From: Octopus bimaculoides | Taxonomy: Eukaryota | Reading direction: 5' to 3' | Length of the DNA stretch: 64,000 nt | Assembly: GCF_001194135.2 (NCBI RefSeq) | Contig: NC_068982.1 | Coordinates: 131,301,951 to 131,365,950 of the forward strand | Shown: positions 52,259 through 64,000 of the stretch, piece after piece | How the letters are laid out: each line of letters begins with the position of its first letter | How positions within the stretch are numbered: the stretch's first letter is position 1 | The notes under the pieces: model-generated | Database searches by the model: none | Seen by the model: the letters and a program-made list of their open reading frames with translations, nothing else | Told to the model about the DNA's origin: nothing | Program-made: the position numbers and the translations under genes

Positions 52259-54153
52259 TATATATATATATATATATATAATTTTTATATATTTCTAAAA
52301 TTGATCCTTCGCTCCTTATTACTGTACAACATTTATATATATTTGTTGTGTTGTCTCCAATGTATCTTGTCTACTCTTTGTGAATATTGTTCAGGTTCTT
52401 ACAAGAACACTGTTCAGATACAACACTTCACGCTGCAGTTGTTTCATTAGACTCACTTAAGAGATGGAAGAACTGAAGCATTGCACACATACATAATATT
52501 TCATGTATTTGAATGGGTGTTTATTGGTGTAGGTATGGCTGTATAGTTAGGATGTTTGGTTTCCAGCTACATGGCTTCAGGTTCACTTCCATTACATGGC
52601 TTCAGGTTCACTTCCACTACATGGCACCTAAGGTATCTTCTACTATGGCCTCATGCTGACCAAAGTCCCCTGAGTGGATTTGGTAGGCAGAAATGGAAAG
52701 AAGCCAATTGTGTGTGTGTTTTACTTCTTGTCTTGACATCATGTGATTGTTGTAAATGAATGTTAGTCATACAAGCAGTATCATTCATTTCCAATATTCT
52801 GACAATGAGGAAATATTACCTTTCTTGAAAACAGGTGAGAGCTGGCAACAGGGTAGGTGTCTGCCAGTAGAAAAATCTGCCTCAATAAATTCCTCCACCT
52901 CATACAAGCATGGCACAGTGAATGTTGAAACTATAATGATGATGGTGAAATATGAGATATGTATGCAAGGTTTAGAGAAGTGAAACAAGATAACTTATCT
53001 GTAATGATTAAAATTATGGAACATTGAGAACCTCAAATTAAAGATAAAACAACAAAAATAAGAACAACAGTATTTGTATGATATAAAAACTGAAATCATG
53101 TGCTAACAAGGGACAATGATTTTATTATAGACAAAGAAATGTAGAAACTGCAAAAAATAAGAAGCAGAGTATATATCATTAGTTAAAAACTATACTATTT
53201 ACTTGCATTCAATCCAGTCCAGGATGGTTGCCATTAATGAAAATGATCTTTAGTATCCTTCACGTTGACATATATTTGCCTACAAAATAGTGGATCGGAG
53301 CACTGGAACTATACATGAGATGGCTGCCTTGTACATGATTATAGCAAATGTTTTTATACTGAGAAAGAAAACATTTGAGTAAAATCAGTTCCCTATCAGC
53401 AGTAGAAAACACACCAAACAATAGACAACAGGTTAATGGAATAGCAGAGAAGAGTTGATTTATAAAAAAAGGACAAACAAAAATAAAAAATGAGGTGGAG
53501 ATAAGAACTTGTAACTCAAGGCTACATAGAGCTAAATGTCAAGTTTACTTAACTTGAACAAAAACAGTAAGAGGTTTTCTCATGTTTTATGACTTGGGAG
53601 CTTGTGTAGAGTGTGTTTTGAATTTCAATACAGCATATTAGGAGTAATCAGGAATGTTACTAAAGAAATATTTGTCTACAAGGAAATGAAAAGGATGAAA
53701 TTACAAAGTGCTACTATGATTGGTTGATTGATAAAAGGCATGAATAGGATTGGATAAACTTACACCTTACAAAGTCAATGAAGTGGTGATCTGTGAGGGG
53801 ATAAAGAAAAAGATATGGAATAAGGCTTTGTGATGTTTATGTTGTCAAGTCACTGAAGTTATTAATGTCCATCATATATAATATCATCATCAACATTGTT
53901 GTCCATTTCTCCATGCTTGCATTGGTCAAATGGAATTCTCTGAGGTGGATTTTCTACAGCTGGATGCCAGTCTTGTTGACAATTCTTTCTTGCTTCTAAA
54001 CAAGGCAATATTTCCCCATAATCAGACAGGCTGTCATAGAAGATTGGAAATTAATGACATCATTTGCATGACAGTGATGGTTATTTACAACTATCATTCA
54101 TGCATGTACATACGTACATACGCATGCACACACACACACATACATACATGCAT

Positions 54154-54196
<43 letters not shown>

Positions 54197-54488
54197 ATTT
54201 TTCGCTATGATAGATCGCTAACCACTACACACATCTTTTTTCTCTGCTTGTTTCTTTCTGTGTTCTTTTCTGTGGAAGAGTGTAGGCTCAAAACGTTAAA
54301 GNNNNNNNNNNNNNNNNNNNNNNNNNNNNNNNNNNNNNNNNNNNNNNNNNNNNNNNNNNNNNNNNNNNNNNNNNNNNNNNNNNNNNNNNNNNNNNNNNNN
54401 NNNNNNNNNNNNNNNNNNNNNNNNNNNNNNNNNNNNNNNNNNNNNNNNNNNNNNNNNNNNNNNNNNNNNNNNNNNNNNNNNNNNNNNN

Positions 54489-54533
<45 letters not shown>

Positions 54534-55297
54534 GCTTGAACAAGGTTGTGATTGTCTCAGGAGTATGATAGAAAACACTTGGGACTGAACCCCAAACTAC
54601 ATAGTTTGGAAGCAAACTCCTTAATCACATAGCCACTATGGTTGTATGAAAAGATTACTTTAATGGCTGGTATAGCAAAAGCATCATGTGATACTACTCC
54701 ACTGAGATCCCTTGGTTCTATGATACAAACTTCATGTTTTAAAGTAATGTAAATTGAAATCACACATCAAAGTTTCCTAATTTATGTTCCAGATACCAGT
54801 TTAATAATGAGAAAGTTATTCTATTAAATTCTTTGTTATATCAAAAATTAATAGAAACAAATGCAGCGTATTTCAATATAAATATGATGAAAAAAAGTTA
54901 TTACAAGAAGTGAGAAGATGCATTGGAGACAAGAAATTACAGGGATTTCAAGCAAATGGATAGTGTAGTGAAAAGAAGGGGTTATAAAGAGTCACAGCAT
55001 GGCTGGAGTGAAATAGTTTTCAGTTGAATAGGGTGTATTTTGGGTATAGATAAAGAGTACGAGAATTACAGATGTTTTATAATTAGAGACTGACTGGGTT
55101 CACTCATTGTTTTGATGAATGAGGGTTCAACAAGACATAGCTACACAGTGTTCCTAAAAGAAGAAAGTGTGCCGGTGTCTTGGTCTGCTGAAGAACCTTC
55201 ATGATGGATATTATTAAAGTGGCCATAGTTTGTACAGAATAGTTCCACTCTCATGACACTTGTTGCACTAGAGCAATATGTAATATAATCACAGAGA

Positions 55298-55608
55298 AGG
55301 TGCGTGGATTAGTGGTTAGAGGCATTTGCCTCACAATCATAAGGTCGTGAGTTCAATTCCTGGTGGTGCGTTGTGTCCCTGAGCAAGACACTTTATTTCA
55401 TGTTGCCCCAGTCCACTCAGCTGGCAAAAATGAGTAGTACCTGTATTTCAAAGGGCCAGCCTTGTCACACTCTGTACCATGCTGAATCTCTCCGAGAACT
55501 ACGTTAAGGGTACACATGTTTGTGGAGTGCTCAGCCACTTGCATGTTAATTTCACGAGTAAGCTGTTCTGTTGATCGTATCAGCTGGGACCCTCGTCGTC
55601 GCAACCAA
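55298..55608 (+). mobile_element. Near full-length tRNA-head SINE (third family)
   Basis: A-box-like TAGTGGTTAG, B-box-like GAGTTCAATTCC, central TGTGTCCCTGAGCAAGACACTT domain. Confidence 0.8.
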
Positions 55609-56702
55609 CAAAGTGCTCCTATTATGCTTCATTTCCCACTGAACTTACAACTAATCTTCACTTTGACCCCTATCATACATCAAGCGGTAAGCTTTCTCCA
55701 AGCTACAAAGAATGAAAACCTATTAATACCATTTACTAGATTAACAACTGACAATTAGAACCAAGTATTAATTTTCAAACTTGTGCTGTTCAGGTACAAC
55801 AAGTGTTATGATCCCAGTAATTATCAGAATGTAGGATTTGCATGGAATTACCTTCTCTCAGATCAGTAGCTTAAGAGCTTGAAGCACCTCATCTAGAGTG
55901 CCTGTAAGTGACCTTCTTGAAGAGGTAATTCAGTGACATGCTAATTAACCCATAGCTGGAATCCTGACAGGTGATCCGGGAACAATGGTGACTAAGAGGT
56001 GGTTCTATGCTCCTCAAAACTCTGCAACTCCCAAACCAGGGCCTCACTACCTGATGCGGTTTAAATTCATACCCAGGACACTATCTAGTGAAGCTACTAT
56101 AAAAAATGGTATGAAGCAAAATTATAAAATTAATATTTAGTTCTCATTGCAAGTTGTTAATCTAGTAAATGATATTAATAGGTTTTTTTTTTTCTCTGTA
56201 GCAAAATACCATTAAGAAAGCTTACTGTTTGATGTATATATGGGTTAAAGTGAAGATTAGAAGTGAATTCAGTGGGAAATGAAGCATAGAGTGCACTGTG
56301 ATCATATTACAATTTCATCAATAACCTTGAAATTACCATGCTAGAGATAAAATTTGACACCTACAAGAACAGGTATTTATTGCAAATACAGTTTTCATTA
56401 CATACTCAAACCACTAGAATAAAAATTAGCAATGTGAAAAGATTGGACTTGTTTCAGAATTTCTGAAGAGAAATATAGAGAAGAGTCAAATACGTCTTGA
56501 TGAAACAGGTCATAAAGACCGAACATCAAGGAAATTCACAAACTTTATATGTAATGAGAAATAAGGAAATGAATATTTTATGGTCCCAGATGTGTTGTAG
56601 AATCTCTAGTAAACTGGTAAGGAACCAACGCTTTTGGTGCACCAAATAAGCAAGAATAAAACAGCAGGAACTGTTCACATAGCTGCTTAAAGATTTTATT
56701 TA

Positions 56703-56738
<36 letters not shown>

Positions 56739-57784
56739 TAGGTGATACAATTCATACTAGAAGTGGGGATACAGTTAGAAATCTTTCTGCTTTTCAAAAA
56801 GGTAAGTTAGATGAAAAATATTTCAGAATTGTGATATTGTGCGTTGGTGAAGGCAGGTCTGCAGTAATTAGGGTGTACTATATTAATTATGATCCAGCGG
56901 TATTGCAAAGCACACTTCGAAGTTGTCTATAAAATACATTTATTGATTTAAGCTACAAAAGGAATTAGATGCAGGGGAGATAATTTCATTCTTATACCGA
57001 TTCGAAAACTGAAGAAAGAGAGAGAGAGAGAGGCAGACTTGTTGGGCTTCAAGGCGGAGAGAACACAGTGTTGACGCACAGGAAGAAATATTGGAAATTC
57101 TTTTCACCATGGAATAATGCATCGTTTAAAGACAATGATAATCACAATTGCAGGCTTGGGTGTGTAGTTAAGAAGTTCGCTTCGCAAGTTCATGGTTTTG
57201 GGTTCTGTCCCACGGAGTTGTACCGCGAGCAAATGATTTATACTGTAGGCTCGGGAAGACTAATGCCTTGAGAGGGAATCTGGTATATGAAAGCCCATAA
57301 TGTGTGTGTGTGTGTGCGTGTCTTTACGTTTGCTCCACCACCTCTATCACTGACAACCGGCGTTGGCTTATTTACCTTCTCATATCGTAGCAATTCAGTA
57401 AAAAAAGACTAGCAGGATAAATACTGAATTCAAAAGAAAAACAAGTGCTGGACGGGCGAGGTGGTGCAGTGTGATCGATTAGACTCTTCATAGTAGTGAC
57501 CCAACATGACCATAGTCAAATGAATGAAACTACTTTGCAGAAATTTGCTAAAGCCTTGAAATATGCTACATTATGCTTCCATATGTAAGAATTGTTTATA
57601 GATTCCAAAACAAATTGTAACATTAAAATAGATAATAAAACTTTTCTTTGAAAATAGAAATTTAGTAAATATTCAAACATGAAGATATATCCATTACTGG
57701 GAAAGAAAATACTTTTTATATTCGAAAATCTTTCAATAATTTCTGATAACTGTATTCCAGTTGTAACTAATATATTAATGTAGC

Positions 57785-58310
57785 TAAAGGTGGCGAGCTT
57801 GCAGAGTTGTCTGAGCACCGGACAAATTGCTCAACAGCATTTTCTTTGGTTCTTTTGCATTCTGTGTTAAAATCCTACCAAGATCAATATTGCCTTTTAA
57901 GAAGGCAGCGAGCTGGCAGAAACATTATCATGCCAGGCGAAATGCTTAGTGGTATTTCGTCTGTCTTTGTGTTCTGAGTTCAAATTCCACCGAGGTCAAC
58001 TTTGCCTTTCATCCTTTCAGGGTTGATAAATTAAGTACCATTTGCAAACTGGAGTCAATCTAATTGACTGGCCTCCTTCCCCAAAATGTTGGGCCTTGTA
58101 CCTAGAGTAGAAAAGAATATTGCCTTTTAAGAAGACGGCAAGCTGTCAGAAACGTTAGCACGCAAGGCTACCACTAACTATTTCGCAAAATACCATTAAG
58201 TATTTCGAAGGGCGAAATACTTAGTGGTATTTTGTCTGCCTTTACATTCTGAGTTCAAATTCCACTGAGGTTGACTTTGCCTTTCATCCTTTCAGGGTCG
58301 ATAAATTAGA
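57785..58310 (+). mobile_element. Stack of three SINEs (second family)
   Basis: Three successive heads; AATATTGCCTTTTAAGAAG precedes both the second and third copies. Confidence 0.75.
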
Positions 58311-58540
58311 AGCTCCTCTGATGGATCATGTGAATGCATTTCGATTAACATTACATGAAAATGTAAGATATCGTTTAAAAAAACCTACAAAGAGAAGGTC
58401 ATGGCATTTCATAGAATTTTAATAAATATCATAAAAAGCAGATATGTATCAAAAGAACATAATGCAGGGGAGAGAACCATCAACCTTAGTTCAATTTTAA
58501 AGGGAGGTAACCTCCATAAACCACGTTTTGCACAAACACA

Positions 58541-58565
58541 ATGGCGGCTCTTTGTAACGTCCGAA
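58541..58565 (+). CDS. MRPL10: Probable MRPL10 exon 1: MAALCNVR plus 1 nt (start of mitochondrial presequence)
   Basis: ACAATGG start context and consensus donor GAA|GTAAGT (phase 1). Joins in frame to 61771 to give MAALCNVRNKIFQPLFSQVRHRK, a basic, acid-free presequence-like segment. Lies in a CpG-retaining region. Confidence 0.7.
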
Positions 58566-59454
58566 GTAAGTGATGAAATATTTGTGTTAATAACTGAATA
58601 ATATTTATAAGTTTGCGTTATTCTGCTGGGTAAAAGATTTTCGAAATAGTGAGAAAAGATTTCAAAGTCTAAAGTGGAATCATTATGCATGTTAAATGTA
58701 GTAATTCAGATCATTGTTCATAGACAAGGTCATTTGTCATTCACCCAAAACAGCTATCCCTATTCAAGGCAATACATTTTCTTGTCCCTTATAATATATA
58801 TATATAGTGTGTGTGTGTGTGTGTGGATACGTATGTACATGTGCATGCATCAATATGATGCTTTTTTGTTGTTAAAACGTTTAATTTCAATAAATGTTTA
58901 ATTCAAAAAGTGCAACTATCAACTACATATGTAGTTGGTGTTAACGTTGTTTAGTCGAGTTCAGCTTTGGTTTCACAGATTTGACCATAGGCAATGAAGG
59001 CTGACCGCCCTTCATTTTTTATAACTACGACAGCAAAACAGTTAGGTGTGATTTCAAGTAGTTTGACTTATTTCTACCTGATCAAGCGATCGACATTGGT
59101 CCGAGAAGTATATGGTGTAGGTAAACCGGTACCGTGCCCATGTCTTTATTATGGCTATTGACGTTCTGATTTCTGGCGGAGGTAAATAATACGTACTCCA
59201 CCTGTTTTCGGCATAACAAAAACCCAAACCCTAAACCTTAACCCTAACCACCCTGTGTGCGTATTCTTTACTTTCGCCCTGATTTCATTTTCTGCCGAGG
59301 TCGAATTTGTCTTTCGTCCTTTCGTAGTCGAGAAAATAAGTACCAGTTGAACCCTGAAGTCGATATTACTGACTTCCCCCTCCCCTCAAAATTGCTGGCC
59401 TTGTGCCAAAAGCTTCGAATTATGGAACCTGGTTTGAATTCATTTAGCTTTTAA

Positions 59455-60112
59455 TGGTAGCTAATGCAGATTCGCACCGCACTTTGAAAAATGCATTTTT
59501 CTGAAAAAGTTTAAGTAATTTTTCAGATTAACATGCGCACGATCTTCTCTAGGGGGTTAGGGTTAGGGTTATGGTTAGGGACGGAATTCTAACTCAAACC
59601 CTAACCCTAAACCTAAAACCCTAACACCCTAATAAAGATCGTGCGGGTGTTAACCAGAAAAATTACCAAAGTTTATTCTGATTCCTTGGTTTTACATGTC
59701 TGAGATTGTAAATATGCAAAAAAAAAAAAATTTCAAAATTTTAAACCCCGCCATTTTAAAATGTATTGTTGTATATTGAAGTGTGGAAATTTCATTAAAG
59801 CAGGTATGTGAAGTGCACTTTATGTGTTCATTTAGGCTAGACTGTAGAAATTGTTGTTTCGGTATAGTTGTTAAAATCCCTGTATTTTTCCACGTTACAT
59901 TCCTGCTTTAATGAAATTTCCACACTTTAATATACAACAATACATTTAAAATTGTGTGTGTGTGTAGGTTGAGGGATGGGGTGTGTTTAAAATTTTAAAA
60001 AATTTTCTTTTTGCATATTCGTTATAACCGACATGTAAAATCCAGGAATCCAAATAGACTTTTTCAGAAAAACGCATTTTTCAAGCTGAGGTGCGATTCT
60101 GCATTAGCCCCC
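59455..60112. mobile_element. Long-TIR foldback MITE in MRPL10 intron 1
   Basis: GCTAATGCAGATTCGCACC... and ...GGTGCGATTCTGCATTAGC ends. The arms match for more than 200 bp once the nested insert is removed. Confidence 0.8.
59515..59666. mobile_element. Nested hairpin MITE with inward-facing telomere-like repeats
   Basis: ~33-bp TIRs (GTAATTTT...GCACGATCTT / AAGATCGTGC...AAAAATTAC), then GGGTTA-like and TAACCC-like repeats. AAAGTTT is duplicated at 59506-59512 and 59668-59674. Confidence 0.8.
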
Positions 60113-61770
60113 TTCTAATGGTATTACAAAGTCTGATTAACCAAATTGTGTTATATTGCAAGAGATTGATAAGGGTACTTTTTGCTTGTGACAGACAAAA
60201 TTCTTTCTGGTACTTAGCTAGAGCTCCTTACATTCAGAGTCCTCCCCCATCTTCCCAAGGTCAACTTCGCTTTCAATCTTCTGGGGGTCGATAACATGAA
60301 GACTGGAGTCGATATAGTCTACGTCATCTCCCCATTTGACCATGTGTCTGTGTACAGCAATCATTATTATTATAGTTCATAAATAAAGAAAAGATTATGG
60401 CCTATAATAAGGTGTTTGGTAGCAGAGTCTGGTGTACGTTGGGTAAATTATCTTGGGGAATGTAATTATGTCCCTTTGTGTTCTGATTTCAACTTCTGCC
60501 TAGATAAATGTTGTCCTTCTTTCCTCCAAGGTCAATGAAGTAAGTATCAGTCATGTACTTAATTTGGTTTACTCAATGCAGAATTTATGGATCTTGTGCC
60601 AGTGTTATTACAGTCTGTTAGCCTTTGATTGTGAAAAATAGCATGTGAAATTAGCTGGTTTCTTAGAGCATTGAATAAAATGTCTTGTGGCATCCATTCC
60701 AGCTCTCTGTACTTTGAGTTGCCATCTTGTTGAGGTCATCTTTTTGGGGTCATTAAATAAAGTACCACCCTAGCGCTTGTGTTGATTCTTTTCTCTCTCT
60801 CTATCTCAAAGAAATTAGCTGTTGTCAGACTGAAGTTGGAAGGGTTCTGCCAGGTTTCAATATGCTAGGCATTATGAGTAACAGCAATACCCCTCCAACT
60901 ACATCAGGAGTTGAAAGGGCCAAGGAAATAATAAAAAAAAAAATGCTGCATGTTTATTATTACTTATCTACTGTAGTTTCTTCAGGAAGATTTTGAACAC
61001 AAATTCGCTTCAGCTCTGCTGTTTAACTCTTTAGCATTCATATTACTTCATCAAATGTAATGCTTATTCGTTCACATTGTTTTGAGTTAATTGTGCATTG
61101 TCTTGTATCTTCAAAATTTCGATGTTATGATTGTTTATTTTAGAATGACATTGTAGAATATGTATGAAAGGCTAGATCTGGCCAATTTGAATATAAAACA
61201 GGTAGAATATTTGGGCAGGATATGGCTGGTTTAAGGGCCGAAGGATTAAAGGAATATTTATCAATCATTCAGCTGTACAAGTTGTAAATTGAGCCTATTC
61301 CATGTCACCTATTTACACCTAGACACAGTAAGGTGCATGTGTTAAGATACTAGGCATTGGCTTATGGGCTGATATTGCAACATTATTAGCTGTTAGTTTG
61401 CAGTTGAATTAATAAATGGATAAGTCTTTGAATTACTGGTTCAAAGGTCTTGAGTTAACTGGATCCACTCCATATGGATTGTATTTGTAATTCTATATTT
61501 CCCAGTTCAAGTGGCTATTGAGAATTAGTACCAAATTAACTGGGAATATTATCTGAAATATCTGGCATTATGTTCTGGGTAATAATCTCTCCTTCACTTA
61601 ATGCCATGAAAGCTGGGCACCAGCTCTTAAAAGCTGTTTGAGGCTTAAGGCACATTTGCATAACATTTCAATGGAGCAATTGACTATTTTCCAAATGAAA
61701 ATTGTGGGTGTGCTTAGTTAATAGAAATTCTGTTGTGATTAGATACATTGTCAATAAATATTCTTTTCAG

Positions 61771-61961
61771 ACAAAATATTTCAACCACTCTTCAGCCAAG
61801 TACGTCACAGAAAAAGTTTTGATGTGCGCAAGCCTCCTCCTCCATCCGTAATACATCGTTTAATAAAAGAAGTAACAGCACCACTTGAAGTCTATAGACC
61901 AATGCCTATGGCTGATCAGTGCTATATTGGAAAACTCACCCAATATGCTTCCAACAAACAG
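61771..61961 (+). CDS. MRPL10: Probable 39S mitochondrial ribosomal protein L10 exon 2: KIFQPLFSQVRHRKSFDVRKPPPPSVIHRLIKEVTAPLEVYRPMPMADQCYIGKLTQYASNKQ
   Basis: Acceptor TTCTTTTCAG at 61770, donor CAG|GTAATC at 61962, only one frame open. The pattern QVRHR-x-RKP-x-EVT-x-P-x-QC resembles the N-terminal region of protostome mRpL10 as recalled. Product identity needs BLAST confirmation. Confidence 0.72.
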
Positions 61962-62914
61962 GTAATCTTTTATATCTTTTTATACAGGTATCATGCATTT
62001 CAACACAGAGAATTAAAACATAAAGGAAATTGAAACCAGTTTGTGAAATTGGTTTGGTTAGTACTGTTGCTCAAGTTAAAACCGTTAGCTGATCCTTTGG
62101 TGCCTTTAGAGGAGTTAACTCTGTTGTGAGCAATCCATTTTTGATCCACATCTTTTCTTCAGTTTGTTCAGGTTTGGCTTTGGCTGCATCACTCTCACCA
62201 CTTTGGGAAGGCTTCCCAAAGATCATTAGCCCTGCATCTCCTCACTAATCAATTAACTTAATTTTTAGAATGATTCTATAGGGCTGGTGTGAGAGGCCAG
62301 AGTTGGCCAGTTTTAATATAAAACAGGAAGAATATTTTGGCCGGATACAGCTAGTTTAAATGTTAAACAGTTAAACCTTAGTATGAAATTATTAGCTGGT
62401 TCTCTTTGTTTTTGCTTTAACTTCAAAATTTTAGACCAGTCTGAGATAAGACTTTCTTTAGGTTTAAATCCTTCAGATCAACAATCTTAAAGTGATGTAG
62501 ATTATCTTTCAGCTTGATGGTTGCACTGATGCCACATAACACTGTAAATTTTGGCTTAACAAGTTCATACTTTGCGTCATGAACAGTTCTGAGTTAAACC
62601 TATTGTCTCAGAACTTTGCCTAAAAACATACATTATAGACTTAGCTTTGTTGTAATTGTGTAGTCACTGTAATAATTTGCTCTTGGATCAGTAATACAGC
62701 CAAGTTCTAATACATTTTATTCTACAAGCAAAACCTATTAAATATTTTATTCTACAAGTTAAACCTATTAAACAACAAATAACTGAATGACTTGAAAATT
62801 GCAGTAGAAGTGATTCATTATATTCTTCTTTATCCTGTCTTGCATTTGGGAAGAAATGCTGCAATAGTGGAAACATGGGTCATTCAACAAATTCTTCTGG
62901 TCAAAACCATTGTA

Positions 62915-63101
62915 CAGTAATCCCTCAACTATCATGGGTGTTACTTTCCAAAACTTCCCACAGAAATAATTAAAATCTAAAAAAATATAAATATCTATCT
63001 GCTGCAGAAACCCACGATATAAATTTACATACATTAGCCAGAAAAATCCGCAATGTACTGAGTGTGCGATAGGTGAACTGCGATATAGCGAGGGATTACT
63101 G
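62915..63101. mobile_element. pogo/Tigger-type MITE
   Basis: TA-CAGTAATCCCTC ... GAGGGATTACTG-TA: 12-bp perfect TIR and TA target-site duplication. Confidence 0.85.
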
Positions 63102-63274
63102 TATTCTACCAAGTTTGGCCACAATGTTAAAGGTATGGATCAAGCAATTTGATAATGAGGAAGTAATTTTGAATATTAATTATGCAACAAATGATGAATT
63201 ACAACTGGTTAATTGTAAATTGAATCGACAATAAGTTCAAATATAATTGGACTCTGGTACAACATTTTCAAGGA

Positions 63275-63975
63275 CCCAGCAAGCCAAGTGAGACCATAAT
63301 CCGTGGCCTCTGCCAGGGGTGTAGCTAGCTCACTTATTCGTACCTTTACTTCATGGGACACTAAACTCTGCATGCGAAGACCTTTTGAGACAAGTGAAAT
63401 CGAAATCAAACGAAATTCGACGACTGTCACCCATGCCAACCCCTCCTTCATTGGACACTAAACTCTGCTTGCGAAGACCTGTTGAGGCAAGTGAAATCGA
63501 AATCGTAATTGAACCAAATTCGATGACTGGCACCTGTGCCAGTGGAGCGCTAACAGCATCGTCCGAACGTGATCATTGCCACAGTAGCTGTCTAGCTTCC
63601 ATGCCAGTGGCACGTAAATAGCACCATTTGAGCATGATCGTTACCAACGTCGCCTTACTGGCACGTGAAAAATCATTCGAGTGAGGTCGTTGCGAGTGCC
63701 GCTGGACTGGCTCCTGTGTAGGTGGCACATAAAAAACACCATTTTGAGCGTGGCCGTTGCCAGTACCGCCTGACTGGCCCTCGTGCCAGCAGCATGGAAA
63801 AGAACCCACTACACTCTCGGAGTGGTTGGCATTAGGAAGGGCATCCAGCTGTAGAAACTCTGCCAGATCAGATTGGAGCCTGGTGCAGCCATCCGGTTCG
63901 CCAGTCCTCAGTCAAATCGTCCAACCCATACTAGCATGGAAAGCGGATGTTAAACGATGATGATGATGATGATGA
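63275..63975 (+). mobile_element. RTE 3' UTR copy with internal partial duplication and (GAT)n tail
   Basis: GGACACTAAACTCTGC...GAAATCGAAATC occurs twice; standard 3' end. Confidence 0.85.
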
Positions 63976-64000
63976 GTTCCACTGTTACCATTAATCATCA

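Noticed and set aside
58401-58601. 66-aa ORF overlapping the MRPL10 start in another frame
   Set aside because: No recognisable homology; it probably starts upstream of the transcription start and reads through the GTAAGT donor.

Overview
AT-rich, repeat-dense eukaryotic DNA with six assembly gaps. The repeat families (tRNA-head SINEs, RTE LINE ends with (GAT)n tails, TA/CA/GA microsatellites) suggest a cephalopod, probably Octopus; that assignment is inference. Two protein-coding genes are supported by spliced, phase-consistent exons. The first three coding exons of hyccin (FAM126A/B ortholog) lie on the minus strand at 15428-15381, 6857-6753 and 1948-1814 and continue off the left edge. The first two exons of a probable mitochondrial ribosomal protein L10 (MRPL10) lie on the plus strand at 58541-58565 and 61771-61961 and continue off the right edge. 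The rest is intronic or intergenic: decayed mariner, RTE, CR1-like and R4/Dong-like fragments, SINEs and MITEs. The most notable unexplained structures are three minimal type I hammerhead ribozyme motifs of the Penelope-like-element kind. Two face outward in a ~420-bp palindromic retro-insertion with a 16-bp target-site duplication and a central tRNA-type B box (21879-22341). The third is a canonical motif at 52142-52199 on the minus strand. Most supplied ORFs are artefacts of N-runs, microsatellites or repeats. All alignments were done by eye from recalled sequences; no database search was run.
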